Source of the DNA: an uncultured delta proteobacterium
GTDB lineage: Bacteria > Myxococcota_A > UBA9160 > UBA4427
Assembly (NCBI GenBank): GCA_963822965.1
Contig: CAWGJT010000006.1
Location: forward strand, 160,001 to 224,000
Direction of reading: 5' to 3'
DNA: 64,000 nucleotides
The notes below the pieces were generated by a model that worked only from the letters and a program-made list of their open reading frames with translations, did not search any database and was not told where the DNA came from. Position numbers and translations under genes: made by a program. Shown here piece by piece: positions 22,701 to 37,969 of this stretch. The first letter of the stretch is position 1. Each line of letters begins with the position of its first letter.

Positions 22701-25230
22701 CGATCGCCATCTCGCTCCAGTAGAGCGCTACCGGGCGGCGCTGGGCGATAGCCGCCGCCGCGTGTGCGGAGCTGGTCCACTCGAGCAGATGGCGCTTCGT
22801 GAACGCAACGCGGACCAGCGTGCGGACGATGGCATCGGCCATCACTGCCGCCTGATGGGGAAGGAACACGAGGAGCAGGAACCAGCGCCCGACACCTTCC
22901 GACAGGGTGCGAGAGACGCCTCGAGAGAGCCGCCATCGCTCGCGCGCCAGACCGGTCGCAAAGTCGATGCAGAGGTGGCCGGCGGGTGCCAGGATCGCGA
23001 ATAGCGTCCACACGAGCGGGTGCCCCGGCAGCCATGTCCAGCCCGAGGCGATCAGCAAGAGAAGGGCCGGAGGCAGGAGACTGCGCCGGAGGTTGTCGAG
23101 AACCTTCCAGCGGTCGATCCACGCGAAGCGATTCGGCAGATAGTCGAAGTCGGCGCCCGGGACGCGGCGGCCGAGCCACGGCAGGAGCTGCCAGTCGCCG
23201 CGCACCCAGCGGTGGAGCCGGCGCGCAAACGCCAGATAGCTCGGCGGGTAGTCCTCGTAGAGGACGATGTCGGTCGCCAGCGCGGCCCGGCCGTGGATTC
23301 CCTCGAAGAGATCATGGCTCGCGAGCGCGTTCTCGGGGACGCGCCCGACGAGGCTCCGCGAGAATGCCGCGACGTCGTAGATGGCCTTCCCCACGTAGAT
23401 CCCCGTGCCGAAGAGATCCTGATAGACGTCCGAGACGGCTCGGCTGTAGATGTCGATCGCGGTGTCGCCGCAGTAGAGGCGGGTGAAGCGCGAGCGGTTT
23501 CCGCTCTCGGGAGACGTCTCGACGCGGGGCTGAACGACGGTGTACCCGGCTTGAACCCGGCCCGATGCGGGATCGACCTCCGCGCGGTTCAGCGGGTGGG
23601 CCAGCGTCCCGACGAGGCGGGCCGCGGTTCCCTGGGCCAGCGCGGTATCGGCGTCGAGGGTGATCACGAAGCGAATCCCCTGGAGCTCGGAGGGCTCGCC
23701 TTCATGGACTGCGAAGCCGGTGTCGTCGTCGCCCCGGAGCAGCCGGTTGAACTCGTCGAGCTTTCCGCGCTTGCGCTCCCAGCCCATCCATCGACCCTCG
23801 ACCGCGTTGAAGCGGCGTTCCCGGTGGAGCAGGTGGAAGGGGCCGGAACCATCGGGATCATGGCGGCGATTGAGCTCCGCGATGCCGCGCACGGCCTGGT
23901 CGAGAAGAGCCGCGTCTTCGGGGCGCCGCGGCTCATCGGCTTCGGGGAAGCCGGTGAGCAGCACGAAACGCAGATTCGGGCCGGGGTTCGACAACCGGTG
24001 ACGCTCGATCTGGCCCAGCAGATGCTCCACGTCCTCGGGGCTGCCGAGCAGGCTCGGAATCACCACGGCGGTCTTGTATTCGGGCGGGATGCCGTGCTCG
24101 AAGGCGAGCTTGGGAAGCACGGTGGGGGGGAGGATCCGTGGGATCGCCCAGTGCAGCACCGTGACCGCGAGCATCGAAGCCGGCAGCAGGAGCAGAGCCA
24201 GCGCGGCGCACCAGGCCGCCGGGTTGGCTCCGACCTGCGCCAGGTAGAAGCCCGGCACCAGGACGAACGACGCCGTGAAGAAGAGCAGCGCGCCGAGGTA
24301 CATGCCCGTTGCGTGCTTGCGGAGCTCGCGTCGGCCTCGCTCCATCCAGCTGGCCTTGCATCGGAGCGAACGCTCGAGCCGCTCGCGCCCCTCTGCGACG
24401 AGCCAGAAGCCGACATGCGCCGATCGGCCGCGATCCGTACTGCGGCGCGCTTGCGCCAGCGCGCGTCGAGCGACCTCCGATTCGTTGTGATTCGAACGTC
24501 GGGCCAGGTCCTCGACCGCCCGTCGGTAGCGATCACGGGTCTGCACGTCCATCTTGGGGTAGGCACCTGCGGGATCGTTCCGGAGCGCGGCGTCGATCGC
24601 GCTGGTTGCCTCCACGAACTCCGGCCAGGAGATCGCATCGAGCGTCGCGAGGCCGCGGACGCTGCGCGCCACGCACTCCGTCTCGTCCAGACGGAGCGGA
24701 AACTCCTCTCTCCATGTGATCTCGAAGGGAGCGGGGAGCTCGGGGGCAAGGCGTTCGAGCGCCAGGACGAGCGTCTCGATGCAGATCAAGCGGAGCATCG
24801 TCGGGAGCGCCCACAGCTCGGCGAGCTCGAGCGTCTCGACCTTCTGGTACGCGGAGACGAAGCGGGTGACGGACTCGGCCGTGAGCTGGAGGCTCGTGGC
24901 ATCCACGATTCCGTGCGCCAGTGCATAGACGCGCGGCGGGCGCGACTCGCGGTCGATCGCCAACGCGGGCAGCCGCGTGTAGTAGCCGCGGGGCAGGTCC
25001 TTGCGAATCTGCCGCACCGCGCGCTCGACCATGTAGGCGTTGTCCATCAGCCATTCGGCGGCCCTGGCGGCTGCGGGCGCCTTCGGAAGGATGGCGTGGG
25101 CGTCGGAGAGCCACCGGGAGATGGCGGGGAGCCCGGAGAGAGAGGGAATCGGGAGGGGCTGCTGATCCGAGAGGGCGTGCAAGCGAGCGAGGGTGTCGCC
25201 CGCGGACACCAGATTCGGTGGGCACATCAC
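16711..25230 (-). CDS. ndvB: cyclic beta-1,2-glucan synthase (NdvB/Cgs type; GT84 + transglycosylase + GH94), copy 1; frameshifts near 19905 and 19530
   Basis: [112 protein letters not shown]. Confidence 0.9.
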
Positions 25231-25248
25231 GGGGCGAATCCGGTCCGG

Positions 25249-26286
25249 TCACGACTTCGCAAGCTGCGGGAGTCGCACGCCTCCGCGGCTACGGCTTCTT
25301 GGCAGCGTCCGGACGATCTCGGTGGTCCGCTCGCGAACGACGAGCAACGGCGCGGTGGCATGCTCCAGCAGGAAGCTCGCGACGCTGCCGAAGGGGAGCT
25401 CCGCCCGCCCGCCGCAGCCGTGTCCGGAGAAGACCACCAGGTCGACGTGATCCTCGGCGATACGACGCAGGATCTCGCCGCGGACATCGCCGTCGACGGC
25501 CACGAGAGTGCGTACCCGAATGCCCTCTCCGGCGACGCGCTTCTGCACGCCCTCCAGGTAGACCTCGGCAGCGCGCGCGTTGCGGTCGACGAGGCGTTGA
25601 TCGAGAGCCTGCTCCCCGTCGTCGAGAGGACAGGGGCAAGGACGCTCGGGCCTCGAAACGACGTGGAGCAGGAGCAGCTCGGAGCCGTGGACCCGGGCAA
25701 CGCTCGAGGCCAGTGGCAGGGCGCTCTCGGCTCGGGGCGACCCGTCCAGGAGCACGAGGATGCGTCGATAGGTGAGCTCGCCCTTGAGCGGCTCCTGGAC
25801 CGATTGGGCCGGCACCAGGAGCACGGACCCGGAGATCCCCTCGATGAGCTTGCGCGCAGTGCTGGCGAGGCTCCATTCCGTCCACCCGCTCTCCCCGTGG
25901 CTGGCCAGCACAGTGAGGTCGACACCGTGGCTGCTCACCCAGTCGCGAATCTCCTCGGCCGGGCGCCCTTCGAGGACCTCGATTGCGACGGGCACACCGG
26001 ACGATGCATGTTCGGACTCGACCGCGGCGAGGTGCCCTCGGGCCTCCGCGCGCCGAGCTTCCCACTCGAGCGGGTCGGTCGGCGTCGCACCCGGGCCCTC
26101 ATGCGGCGGCTCGAGCGCGTGCAAGACCGTCAACTTGGCGCCGAAGGCTCGCGCCAAGACGACGCCGTGCGGAACGATCCGATCTCCGATGGGAGAGCGA
26201 TCGACGCAGACGCCCACGTGACGGATCGGCTGCGGCCCCCCGTCGGAAATGTCGTGGTTCGGGCCCTCTACCGATTGGCTCGTCAT
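25249..26286 (-). CDS. tandem-domain universal stress protein
   Basis: Two USP repeats: VCVDRS..DLTVLASHG..STARKL and ILVLLDGS..DLVVFSGHG..FGSVASFLL; SD GGAGG. Confidence 0.9.
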   Translation of the reverse strand: MTSQSVEGPNHDISDGGPQPIRHVGVCVDRSPIGDRIVPHGVVLARAFGAKLTVLHALEPPHEGPGATPTDPLEWEARRAEARGHLAAVESEHASSGVPVAIEVLEGRPAEEIRDWVSSHGVDLTVLASHGESGWTEWSLASTARKLIEGISGSVLLVPAQSVQEPLKGELTYRRILVLLDGSPRAESALPLASSVARVHGSELLLLHVVSRPERPCPCPLDDGEQALDQRLVDRNARAAEVYLEGVQKRVAGEGIRVRTLVAVDGDVRGEILRRIAEDHVDLVVFSGHGCGGRAELPFGSVASFLLEHATAPLLVVRERTTEIVRTLPRSRSRGGVRLPQLAKS

Positions 26287-26503
26287 CGCGTCCTCCCGGA
26301 TGGACCCGAGGGTGATGGTACTCCCCTTCCCTGGAGCGACAAACCAGCTCGGTCCCCGTCACGATCTATCGCCTGAAGCCAGGCGGTCCCAGCTGGGTTC
26401 GATCGCGACACACGTCGGAGCACTTCCCGAGGAGCCCCAGGACACTTCCAATCGGCGCCGGCCCTGGCCGTAGGCAACGAGCCTCCACGCCATTGTCCGC
26501 ACA

Positions 26504-27431
26504 TCAATCACGTCCGGCTCCCGGACGGCGGCCCGCTCTGCCAGTCTCTTCCGACAACGCCTCGAAACCGGAAAGCACGTCGAAGAGCTCCTCGTCGATG
26601 CTTCCCTGACGGACCCGGTGGAACGTCCCGTTGAGATTCTCCAGCAGCTCGTCGATATTCCTGTCCGCGCGCTCCATGGCCGCCAGGCGACTCGCGTTCT
26701 CGCTCGCGAGGGATTCGGCGCAAGCCCGGAAGAGGGAGACGAAGACGTATTCGCGAATGAGCGCCCGCAAGGTCCCGGTGCCGCCGCCCATGACCTGGGG
26801 CAGGTTCTGGGTCGGCCACGGAAGCTCGGCCAAATCGTCGCGCCAGGCCTGGTCCAGCGGTAGCAGTCGCTGACGGATGGGCGCGTAGGCCGCCCCGGAC
26901 GTCGGGCGGTTGTAGAAGAGATGGAGTTCGCTCACTTCACGATCCCCGCGGAGCGCTGTCGCTCTCCAGGAGAATCTGTCCGACGAGAGGGGTGATGGCC
27001 TGGACGGAACTCGGCACCGCGTAGAGTCCTGCCAGCAGCAGACCTGCGTCCGCGAGGCGCGCATGAACGCGCTCACCCACGGCCCATACCTGGGCATCCC
27101 CAGGCAAGGCCGCGATAGCCTCGACCGCATACTCGGCAACCACCTCGTTGAACTGGCCCACCAGCCCCTGGTCGGAACCGAACACGACCGCGCCGATCAC
27201 ATCCCCATCGGCTCTGGCCTTGCCGGCTGCCATGAAAGCCCCTGGCTCGCTTTCCCGAAAGCAAGCGCTCAACCCCAGCTCCACCGTCCGGTAGTAGTCG
27301 ACCAGTGCGCGCACCGATTGCTCGTATTCGCCGATACTCGAGGCGGCCAACGCTTTCATCGTGCGGACGACCGACTGGAGGTCACCGGCACTGCTGATCT
27401 TCCTGCGCAGGCTCGCCGTCGTGTCGCTCAT
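26504..27431 (-). CDS. atpG: N-ATPase gamma subunit (frameshift near 26950)
   Basis: [27 protein letters not shown]-terminal [24 protein letters not shown]. Confidence 0.92.
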
Positions 27432-28981
27432 GGCTTTGGCTCGAGTGCCGCATCCGACGAAAACGCTTCGAGGACCTGGCGACCGATTTCGACGATCGTT
27501 TCGCGGTCCTCGACGCTCAGCTCGCCGGCGGATTGCAAGCGCTCGCGCAGCTCGGCCGGAATGTTCTCCGCCGCCTCGCGAACGGCCTGCTCGGCCTTGG
27601 TCATCCGTTCAAGCGGCACCGCGTCGAAGAGCCGCGCGGTCAACGCCAGCAGGACGGCGATCTGCGCCGGCACGGGCACTGGGGACAATTCTGCCTGATT
27701 GAGGCTCGCGCGAATCCGCCGTCCGTGCTCGATGACCTTGCGGGTGTCTTCATCCAGACGCGCGCCGAACCGGGCGAAGGTCTCGAGCTCCTCGAACTGG
27801 GCGAACGCGAGCTTGAGATCGCCCGCCACCGCGCGGTAGGCCGCCCGCTGCGCCTTTCCGCCGACCCGGGAAACGGATTTTCCGACATCGACCGCTGGCA
27901 GCACACCCAGTTCGAACAGCGACGGCGAGAGATAGATCTGCCCGTCGGTGATGGAAATCAGGTTGGTCGGAATATAGGCGGAGATGTCCTGCGCTTGCGT
28001 CTCGATGATGGGCAGGGCGGTCAGCGATCCGCCACCGCGTTCCTCGCTGAGGTGCGTCGCCCGTTCCAGCAGCCGCGAATGAATGTAGAAGATGTCTCCC
28101 GGGAAGGCCTCCCGACCGGGCGGACGGCGCAGCAACAAAGATAGCTCGCGATACGCGCGTGCATGATGAGTGAGATCGTCGTAGACGATCAACACGTCGC
28201 GGCCGGCTTCCATGAAGTACTCCGCGATGCTGGTCGCGGCGTAGGGAGCGATGTAGGCGAGACCTGGCGGATCGTTGCCCTCGGTGACGACCACCACCGT
28301 ATAGTCCATCGCGCCCTTCTCCCCCAAGGTCGCCAATGTCTTCGCCACGGCGGACGCCCGCTGGCCGATGGCGCAATAGACGCACACGACACTCTGGCCC
28401 GGCTGATTGAGGATGGCGTCGATCGCGATCGCAGTCTTGCCCGTCTGCCGGTCCCCGAGGATCAGCTCACGCTGTCCACGTCCGATGGGAATCAGCGCAT
28501 CAATGACCTTGAGCCCCGTCTGGAGCGGAACGGTGACGGGTCCGCGGTCCATGATGGGCGCAGCGGGGCGTTCGATGGGCAAGCGCCCACTCGCGTCCAC
28601 CGGCCCATTGCCGTCGAGTGGCCGACCGAGCGGATCGATGATGCGTCCCAGCAAGCCGTCGCCCACGGCCACGTCCATGACCCGACCCGTACGCTGGACT
28701 TCATCGCCTGCGTGCAAATGCCAGTACTCGCCCAGCAGCACGACGCCAATCTCGTCCTCGTCTACGTTGAAAGCGATACCGGCTACGCCGCCGGGAAACT
28801 CCATAATCTCGTCGACGCCCACGCCGGGAAGACCGGAGACCTTGGCGATGCCCGTCGAGACGTTCGTGACCGTGCCCACCTCGCGGGGCTCCAGCCGCGG
28901 CACCAATCCCTCGCGCGCCCGGCGCATGCTCGTAAACGCGCGCTCGAGTGCCGTCTCCACGGTTTCAGGCCCAGTTCTCAT
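27428..28981 (-). CDS. atpA: N-ATPase alpha subunit
   Basis: [43 protein letters not shown]. Confidence 0.97.
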   Translation of the reverse strand: MRTGPETVETALERAFTSMRRAREGLVPRLEPREVGTVTNVSTGIAKVSGLPGVGVDEIMEFPGGVAGIAFNVDEDEIGVVLLGEYWHLHAGDEVQRTGRVMDVAVGDGLLGRIIDPLGRPLDGNGPVDASGRLPIERPAAPIMDRGPVTVPLQTGLKVIDALIPIGRGQRELILGDRQTGKTAIAIDAILNQPGQSVVCVYCAIGQRASAVAKTLATLGEKGAMDYTVVVVTEGNDPPGLAYIAPYAATSIAEYFMEAGRDVLIVYDDLTHHARAYRELSLLLRRPPGREAFPGDIFYIHSRLLERATHLSEERGGGSLTALPIIETQAQDISAYIPTNLISITDGQIYLSPSLFELGVLPAVDVGKSVSRVGGKAQRAAYRAVAGDLKLAFAQFEELETFARFGARLDEDTRKVIEHGRRIRASLNQAELSPVPVPAQIAVLLALTARLFDAVPLERMTKAEQAVREAAENIPAELRERLQSAGELSVEDRETIVEIGRQVLEAFSSDAALEPKP

Positions 28982-29793
28982 TGGCTCACTTCTGCCTTTG
29001 GCTCGGTCTTTCGCTCAACGGATGCCTCGGATCGGACTTGTTCGTCCAGAAGCTCCCTGACACCCTTCTCCAGCGACCCAAGGTAATCCGAGATGCTCCA
29101 GGCCACCTTCTGTCCATTCGACGTCAGCTCGATCCCGCTCACGAGCTCCGGCGCGGTCTCGAACTGGACCGCGACCTCGAGCGAAACGCATTCGTTGAGT
29201 GATTGCTGTACTGCGGCGCGTTGCTCCGACGGCAGCTCGTAGGCGCTGCGCACGATGGCCGGTGCCGACGATGCCGATAAGGCTGCGGCGAGACCTTGCT
29301 TCGCCTCATCTCCCAGGTCTCGCAGACGACGCGTGAACATCTCGCTCATGCGTTCTTCCAGCGTTGTCCCAGCGAGGTCCGTCAGCGTCTTTCGCGCGAT
29401 CGCAAACACCTCCGCTTCGGCTCGGCGGCTGATGGCCTCCGTCAGGCTGCGGGCTTCGCGCCTCAATGCTTCCTGGCGCTTCGCCCTCCAGGCCTCGGCC
29501 GCCTGGCGTGCTTCGCCGAAACGCCGCCCCCGCTCGGCTTCCACCTCGCCCGCCACCTGCCTCAGGAGTTCAGCCCGCTGACGATCGAACTCCTCGTTCT
29601 TCTTCTCGAACAGAGCGCGCTCCTTCTCGGCTTCGGTTCTCTTTGCGTCGGCGTCCGCAAGCTCCGCAGCGACCCGCTTCTCCCGCGCGTCGATCGCGCG
29701 AAGAATGGGCTGGTAGAGAAAGCGCTTCATCAACCAGACCAGGATCAGGAAGTTGAGCGCCTGCGCACCAACGGTGAACCAATCGACGAGCAT
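28978..29793 (-). CDS. atpF: N-ATPase b subunit (extended, with delta-like C-terminus)
   Basis: [27 protein letters not shown]; 271 aa with C-terminal [16 protein letters not shown]. Confidence 0.93.
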   Translation of the reverse strand: MLVDWFTVGAQALNFLILVWLMKRFLYQPILRAIDAREKRVAAELADADAKRTEAEKERALFEKKNEEFDRQRAELLRQVAGEVEAERGRRFGEARQAAEAWRAKRQEALRREARSLTEAISRRAEAEVFAIARKTLTDLAGTTLEERMSEMFTRRLRDLGDEAKQGLAAALSASSAPAIVRSAYELPSEQRAAVQQSLNECVSLEVAVQFETAPELVSGIELTSNGQKVAWSISDYLGSLEKGVRELLDEQVRSEASVERKTEPKAEVSQ

Positions 29794-29796
29794 GGA

Positions 29797-30078
29797 CTAC
29801 CTTCCCACGGCTTCCGCGATCACGTAGTTCCAGAACGGATTGGCGAAAAGGAGAATCATCGAGACCACGAAGCAGTAGATGGCCGTGGACTCGACCATCG
29901 CCAGACCGACGAACAGCGTGCGCGTGATCGTGGCCGATGCGTCCGGCTGCTGCGCCAGCGCACCCAGCGCTGCCGCGACTGCGCGCCCTTCGCTGAATGC
30001 TGGCGCCATGGTGCCGAAGCCCGTGGTAAGTCCGGCGATGACGATGGACGCCACCGCGATTGTCGTCATGCTGTCCAT
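29797..30078 (-). CDS. atpE: N-ATPase c subunit with Na+-binding signature
   Basis: SEGRAV..AQQPD..LAMVESTAIY. Confidence 0.95.
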   Translation of the reverse strand: MDSMTTIAVASIVIAGLTTGFGTMAPAFSEGRAVAAALGALAQQPDASATITRTLFVGLAMVESTAIYCFVVSMILLFANPFWNYVIAEAVGR

Positions 30079-30109
30079 GCTGCTCCCCTTGATTTCCGAC
30101 GTTATTCCT

Positions 30110-30811
30110 TCACTGGACCGGTTCTGCTTCGGGGCCGGAGCCACGCTCGCGAACTCGCGTGGCCGCCGCGATGTAGACCGTAGCCAGAATGAAGAAGATG
30201 TAGGCCTGCACCATGCCGGTCAGCAGACCGAGCGCCGTCATCAGGATCGGAAAGATGAAGGGCGTGATGCTGAGAAGAATTCCGATGATCATCGTCCCGC
30301 TCATCATGTTTCCGAACAGCCGGACCGCCAGGGCGAGAGTGCGCGAGACTTCACTGATCACGTTGAAGGGCAACATGATGACCGTCGGCTCCACGTAGGA
30401 CTTGAGGTAGCCACCCATCCCCTTCTCCTCGATGCCGAAGAGCGGCACCGCCACGAACACGCTCAGCGCGAGCGCGACGGTCGTCGAGAGCGAGCCGGTC
30501 GGGGGCTCGTAGCCCGGAATGATGGTGCACAGGCTGGCCGCTGCGACGAACAGGAAGAGCGTGCCGAGAAAGCCGAGATATCTCTCCGGATGGCGCAGCC
30601 CGACCTCCTCGATCTGTTTCTCAATGGCAGTGACGACGATTTCCAGAAGGTTCTGCCAGCGTGAGCGTCCGAGATCCGTCGACAACCTGCGTGTAATGAG
30701 TCTCGAACCCATGGCTAGCAGCAGCATCAGTCCCCACGTGAACACGATGGTGGCGTTGAGTTTGAGAAACCCGAATTGCCAGAAGATGATCTCGTCGGGA
30801 CTAAGGCGCAT
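30110..30811 (-). CDS. atpB: N-ATPase a subunit
   Basis: MRLSPDEIIFWQ, PPTGSLSTT, SRTLALAVRLFGNMMSG, QAYIF. Confidence 0.95.
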   Translation of the reverse strand: MRLSPDEIIFWQFGFLKLNATIVFTWGLMLLLAMGSRLITRRLSTDLGRSRWQNLLEIVVTAIEKQIEEVGLRHPERYLGFLGTLFLFVAAASLCTIIPGYEPPTGSLSTTVALALSVFVAVPLFGIEEKGMGGYLKSYVEPTVIMLPFNVISEVSRTLALAVRLFGNMMSGTMIIGILLSITPFIFPILMTALGLLTGMVQAYIFFILATVYIAAATRVRERGSGPEAEPVQ

Positions 30812-31121
30812 GAGCCGTCCATTTCGCCGGGACGTCCTGATGTTCGACCGACGCGCTGGCGAGGGAGGTCGCCAGGAAACGTGCAACGACGAAGCCCAGG
30901 AGACAGGCGAGCAGCCGTTTCCAGTCACCGCTCGAGACGAGATGGAACCCAACGAGGACGATGCTCATTCGCAGCACCACGCTGCCGAGGAACCAAAGCG
31001 CCGGCCGTTTGGCCCACACCCCTCTGCGAACCGTCCACCAGAGCCCACCGAAGAAGCTCGCACCGAGCAAGAGGCCCGCCGCACAAGCCGCTGCCAGAGG
31101 CAGGAACTCAATCATCGCCAT
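30801..31121 (-). CDS. atpR: N-ATPase AtpR subunit
   Basis: GLLLGASFFGGLWWTVRRG; position between atpQ and atpB is diagnostic of N-ATPase operons. Confidence 0.85.
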   Translation of the reverse strand: MAMIEFLPLAAACAAGLLLGASFFGGLWWTVRRGVWAKRPALWFLGSVVLRMSIVLVGFHLVSSGDWKRLLACLLGFVVARFLATSLASASVEHQDVPAKWTAHAP

Positions 31122-31438
31122 CCTCCCGTTCCTCGCCGATCGCCTTGTCTTCCCTGGCGACCCAATGCCACGCGTTCAAACAGCCGATCGCGAGCCCGGC
31201 GATCAACAGCGCCAGCGTCCAGGAATGGAGGCCGGGATGGCGTTTGTCCAACCACATCCCGAGCGCCGCGCCGAGTAACGTCGGAACCGCCACCGACCAG
31301 CCGACGAGCCCCATCATCCCCAGGCCGAACCAGACGCCCGGAGCGGAATTCCGCCGCGCCTTGAGCTTGCGCGCCGCCTTCGCGCCGACCTGCCCAGCAA
31401 ACGTCGACCCGTTCTTCGAGGGTCTCGGGGTCGGCTCG

Positions 31439-31446
<8 letters not shown>
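31108..31446 (-). CDS. atpQ: N-ATPase AtpQ (AtpZ/gene 1-like) subunit
   Basis: VWFGLGMMGLVGWSVAVPTLLG..WLD..GCLNAWHWV. Confidence 0.85.
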
Positions 31447-35721
<4,275 letters not shown>

Positions 35722-35724
35722 GAT

Positions 35725-36234
35725 CTACGTTTCCCGCATCGAGTCAAGACCGAGGACGCGCGCAGCGGACTTCGCAAGCATGGCCTCCTCGTTCGTGTGG
35801 ACGACCCGCACCCTGACGCGGCCGGCATCCCGCGAAATCAGTGCTGCATCCTCTGCGTTACGCTCCGAGTCTAGCGCGATGCCCAGAAAACCGAGTCTGT
35901 CGCAGATCCGCTCCCGGATGAGCGGCGCGTTCTCACCGATGCCTCCTGCGAAGACGAGCGTGTCCAACCCGCCGAGCGCCGCGGCGAAGGAACCGATCCA
36001 CTTCACCATCTTCTGAAATTGCGTCGCGGTCATCTGCTCGGTGCGGGCCAGGTCGCCGACCCGTCCCGGGTCCAGATCGCCTGAGCGGCTGCCCATCATC
36101 AGTCCCTACGTTGGCGTGAAGCCCATGCTGGTGTCGACCCCGCGGCAAGGACGCGGTCGGCTGGGACCGTGTCGAAGCAGGCTACCTGAGGCAATACAGG
36201 ATGACGTTGGCCGGAATGCCTCCATCAACTCGTC
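35725..36234 (-). pseudogene. ackA: acetate kinase remnant in three pieces
   Basis: EAFR/QRHPVLPQVACFDT; DTSMGFTPT*GLMMGSRSGDLDPG (in-frame TAG at 36106-36108); KWIGSFAAALGGLDTLVFAGGIGEN..TNEE; N-terminus and two internal segments missing. Confidence 0.88.
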
Positions 36235-36239
36235 ATGCA

Positions 36240-36321
36240 CGGCTCGGCGCAGGAGCACCAGACCGCCGGCCACGAGCACCATCTCGAGCAGGAAGGCGAT
36301 GTCTCCGGGGAACTGTGCCAT
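36240..36321 (-). pseudogene. N-terminal fragment of a membrane protein fused onto the ackA remnant
   Basis: SD GGAGG + MAQFPGDIAFLLEMVLVAGGLVLL, then an abrupt switch to AckA-like sequence. Confidence 0.5.
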
Positions 36322-36342
36322 GGGACCTCCTCGCGTCCGCAT

Positions 36343-37080
36343 TCATGCGGACGACTCGGGCTCGGATAGGGGCCTGCGCGCGGACCACCGCATGTCACAG
36401 ACAGGGTCCCCCGAAGAGAGGGTGTGGGCCCGCTCGTAGTGACCGCGCACGTCGCCGCCATCGTCCACGATGGCGTAGGTGAGTGCCCAATCGTAGGCGC
36501 ACCACGAGCGCCGGAAGACCTCGATCGCGTCCGGATCGTCGTGCGCCTCGGCGTAGCGGCGCGCGAAGTCGAACGGCGGGCAAAAGGTCCAGTCGGTGCG
36601 GAACGCCTCGGGCTCCGAGCTCGCCTCGACCGCGTAGCCTGGGCGGCCCCGCCCGCTGAAGGGGTAGGTGAGCAGCATCCGTAGCACCCACTCGAGGCGC
36701 CGCTGCGGGTCGCGCGTCAGCAGCCGGACGATGCCTCGCGGCAGGACCACCCCGCGCTCGTACACCTTCCAGCCGACGTCGGCGACGAGCTCCATTGCGC
36801 ACTCTCGCTCGAGCCCCGCATCGCGCAATGCGCGGTAGGCCGCAACCGTGAGCACGGCGAAGAGAACGTTCTGGCGGTTGCCGCGGGCGGGGATCTGCTC
36901 CAACCGGGCCTCCGGGAGCATCTCGTCCGCGAGCTTCCACGCGCGTGCCAGGATCGCATCGACCTCGTGAGCCAGCAGGCGCCCGCGTTCGGGACGGCTC
37001 CGATCCCACATCCGGCCCCTCAGGGCCTGCCGGGCCGCCCGCCGGGCCTCGCGACGCAGGAGGGCGCGAATGAGCTGCAT
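36343..37080 (-). CDS. L-2-amino-thiazoline-4-carboxylate hydrolase-like (ATC hydrolase/4VR-like) protein
   Basis: Cys pattern FCPP...WCAYD...RAHTLSSGDPVCDMRW. Confidence 0.65.
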   Translation of the reverse strand: MQLIRALLRREARRAARQALRGRMWDRSRPERGRLLAHEVDAILARAWKLADEMLPEARLEQIPARGNRQNVLFAVLTVAAYRALRDAGLERECAMELVADVGWKVYERGVVLPRGIVRLLTRDPQRRLEWVLRMLLTYPFSGRGRPGYAVEASSEPEAFRTDWTFCPPFDFARRYAEAHDDPDAIEVFRRSWCAYDWALTYAIVDDGGDVRGHYERAHTLSSGDPVCDMRWSARRPLSEPESSA

Positions 37081-37092
37081 CGCCGCCGCAAC

Positions 37093-37620
37093 CTAGCCAG
37101 CGTCGGCGATGTAGAGATCCGTTCGCTCCGGTGAGGTTCCTTCCAGAATCTCTTTGGCCTTGCGGACCTCATCCGGTGCTCCGTGGGTGACTACGAGAAA
37201 CTTGTCGGATTTGATCGCAGCCTCGTAGCTGAGGATGCTGTCCTTGGGGATGCCGATGCTGTAGAGCCCGGCACCCAGGGCACTGAGCCCGCCGACCACC
37301 GCGGCGCCTTCGAGCGCACCGACGATCCAGCTTGCCAACGGTCCGGCGACCACCAGCGGGCCGAGACCCGGCACCCAGAAGAAGGCGGATCCGAAGAGCA
37401 ATCCCCAGATGCCGCCCCAGAACGCTCCCATCTTGCCCCAGTACTTCATGCGGTCGCCGGCGTTGTAGTAGCCGACCACATTTTCCTCGGTGTGATAGTC
37501 CCTGCCGACGATCGACAGCTTCTTGATGTCGATTCCCGCTCGCTGAAGCTCCTTGATGGCTGCTTCGGCCTGGTTGTGGTGATCGAAAACGGCCACCGCG
37601 GCGTTCTTCTTGTCGGCCAT
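37093..37620 (-). CDS. general stress membrane protein (YflT/DUF1269-like, glycine zipper)
   Basis: AVAVFDHHNQAEAAIKELQRAG..LSIVGRDYHTEE..GAFWGGIWGLL; SD AAGGAG. Confidence 0.85.
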   Translation of the reverse strand: MADKKNAAVAVFDHHNQAEAAIKELQRAGIDIKKLSIVGRDYHTEENVVGYYNAGDRMKYWGKMGAFWGGIWGLLFGSAFFWVPGLGPLVVAGPLASWIVGALEGAAVVGGLSALGAGLYSIGIPKDSILSYEAAIKSDKFLVVTHGAPDEVRKAKEILEGTSPERTDLYIADAG

Positions 37621-37821
37621 GGGTTGGGTCTCCTTCTGCCTCGAGTCGATCGAAGCGATTTGTGCCCAGCCGATCACCCGCGCGGCGCGGTCGCCGCTCT
37701 GCTGCGGGCGTTCGGTCGAAAGGCAGGGTCTCATCGACCCTCGGCCGTCAGGGCTGATGCAGGAACCTATTCCGAACGGGAGACCGTCGGCATCCCGGGA
37801 TCCAGGGGAATCGCGCTCCGC

Positions 37822-37953
37822 ATGTGCGGTTTCTCAGAACATCGAGCCCGAGGCGACGCCCGGATCGTCCTCCGCACCGGCTGCGCAACCGACGTGAGCC
37901 TCGTCGATGGCGTCTTCGACTTCATCGTCTGCACCTGGATGCTCTCGCGCGTG
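37822..37953 (+). pseudogene. possible class I SAM methyltransferase fragment
   Basis: TGCATDVSLVDGVFDFIVCTWMLSRV resembles the gda.dlpf.d.sFD.v motif II region; motif I absent. Confidence 0.35.
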
Positions 37954-37969
37954 GCTCCTCGGAGCGAGA

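Noticed and set aside
23020..26376. Long antisense ORFs (also 529..2229, 17734..19311, 48551..51073, 53014..54942 and others)
   Set aside because: Shadow frames of real genes in high-GC DNA; Arg/Ala/Pro-rich with no recognisable motifs
26937..26960. Programmed frameshift or pseudogenisation of atpG (likewise groEL, lon, trkH)
   Set aside because: No slippery motif is evident, and similar single indels occur across housekeeping genes
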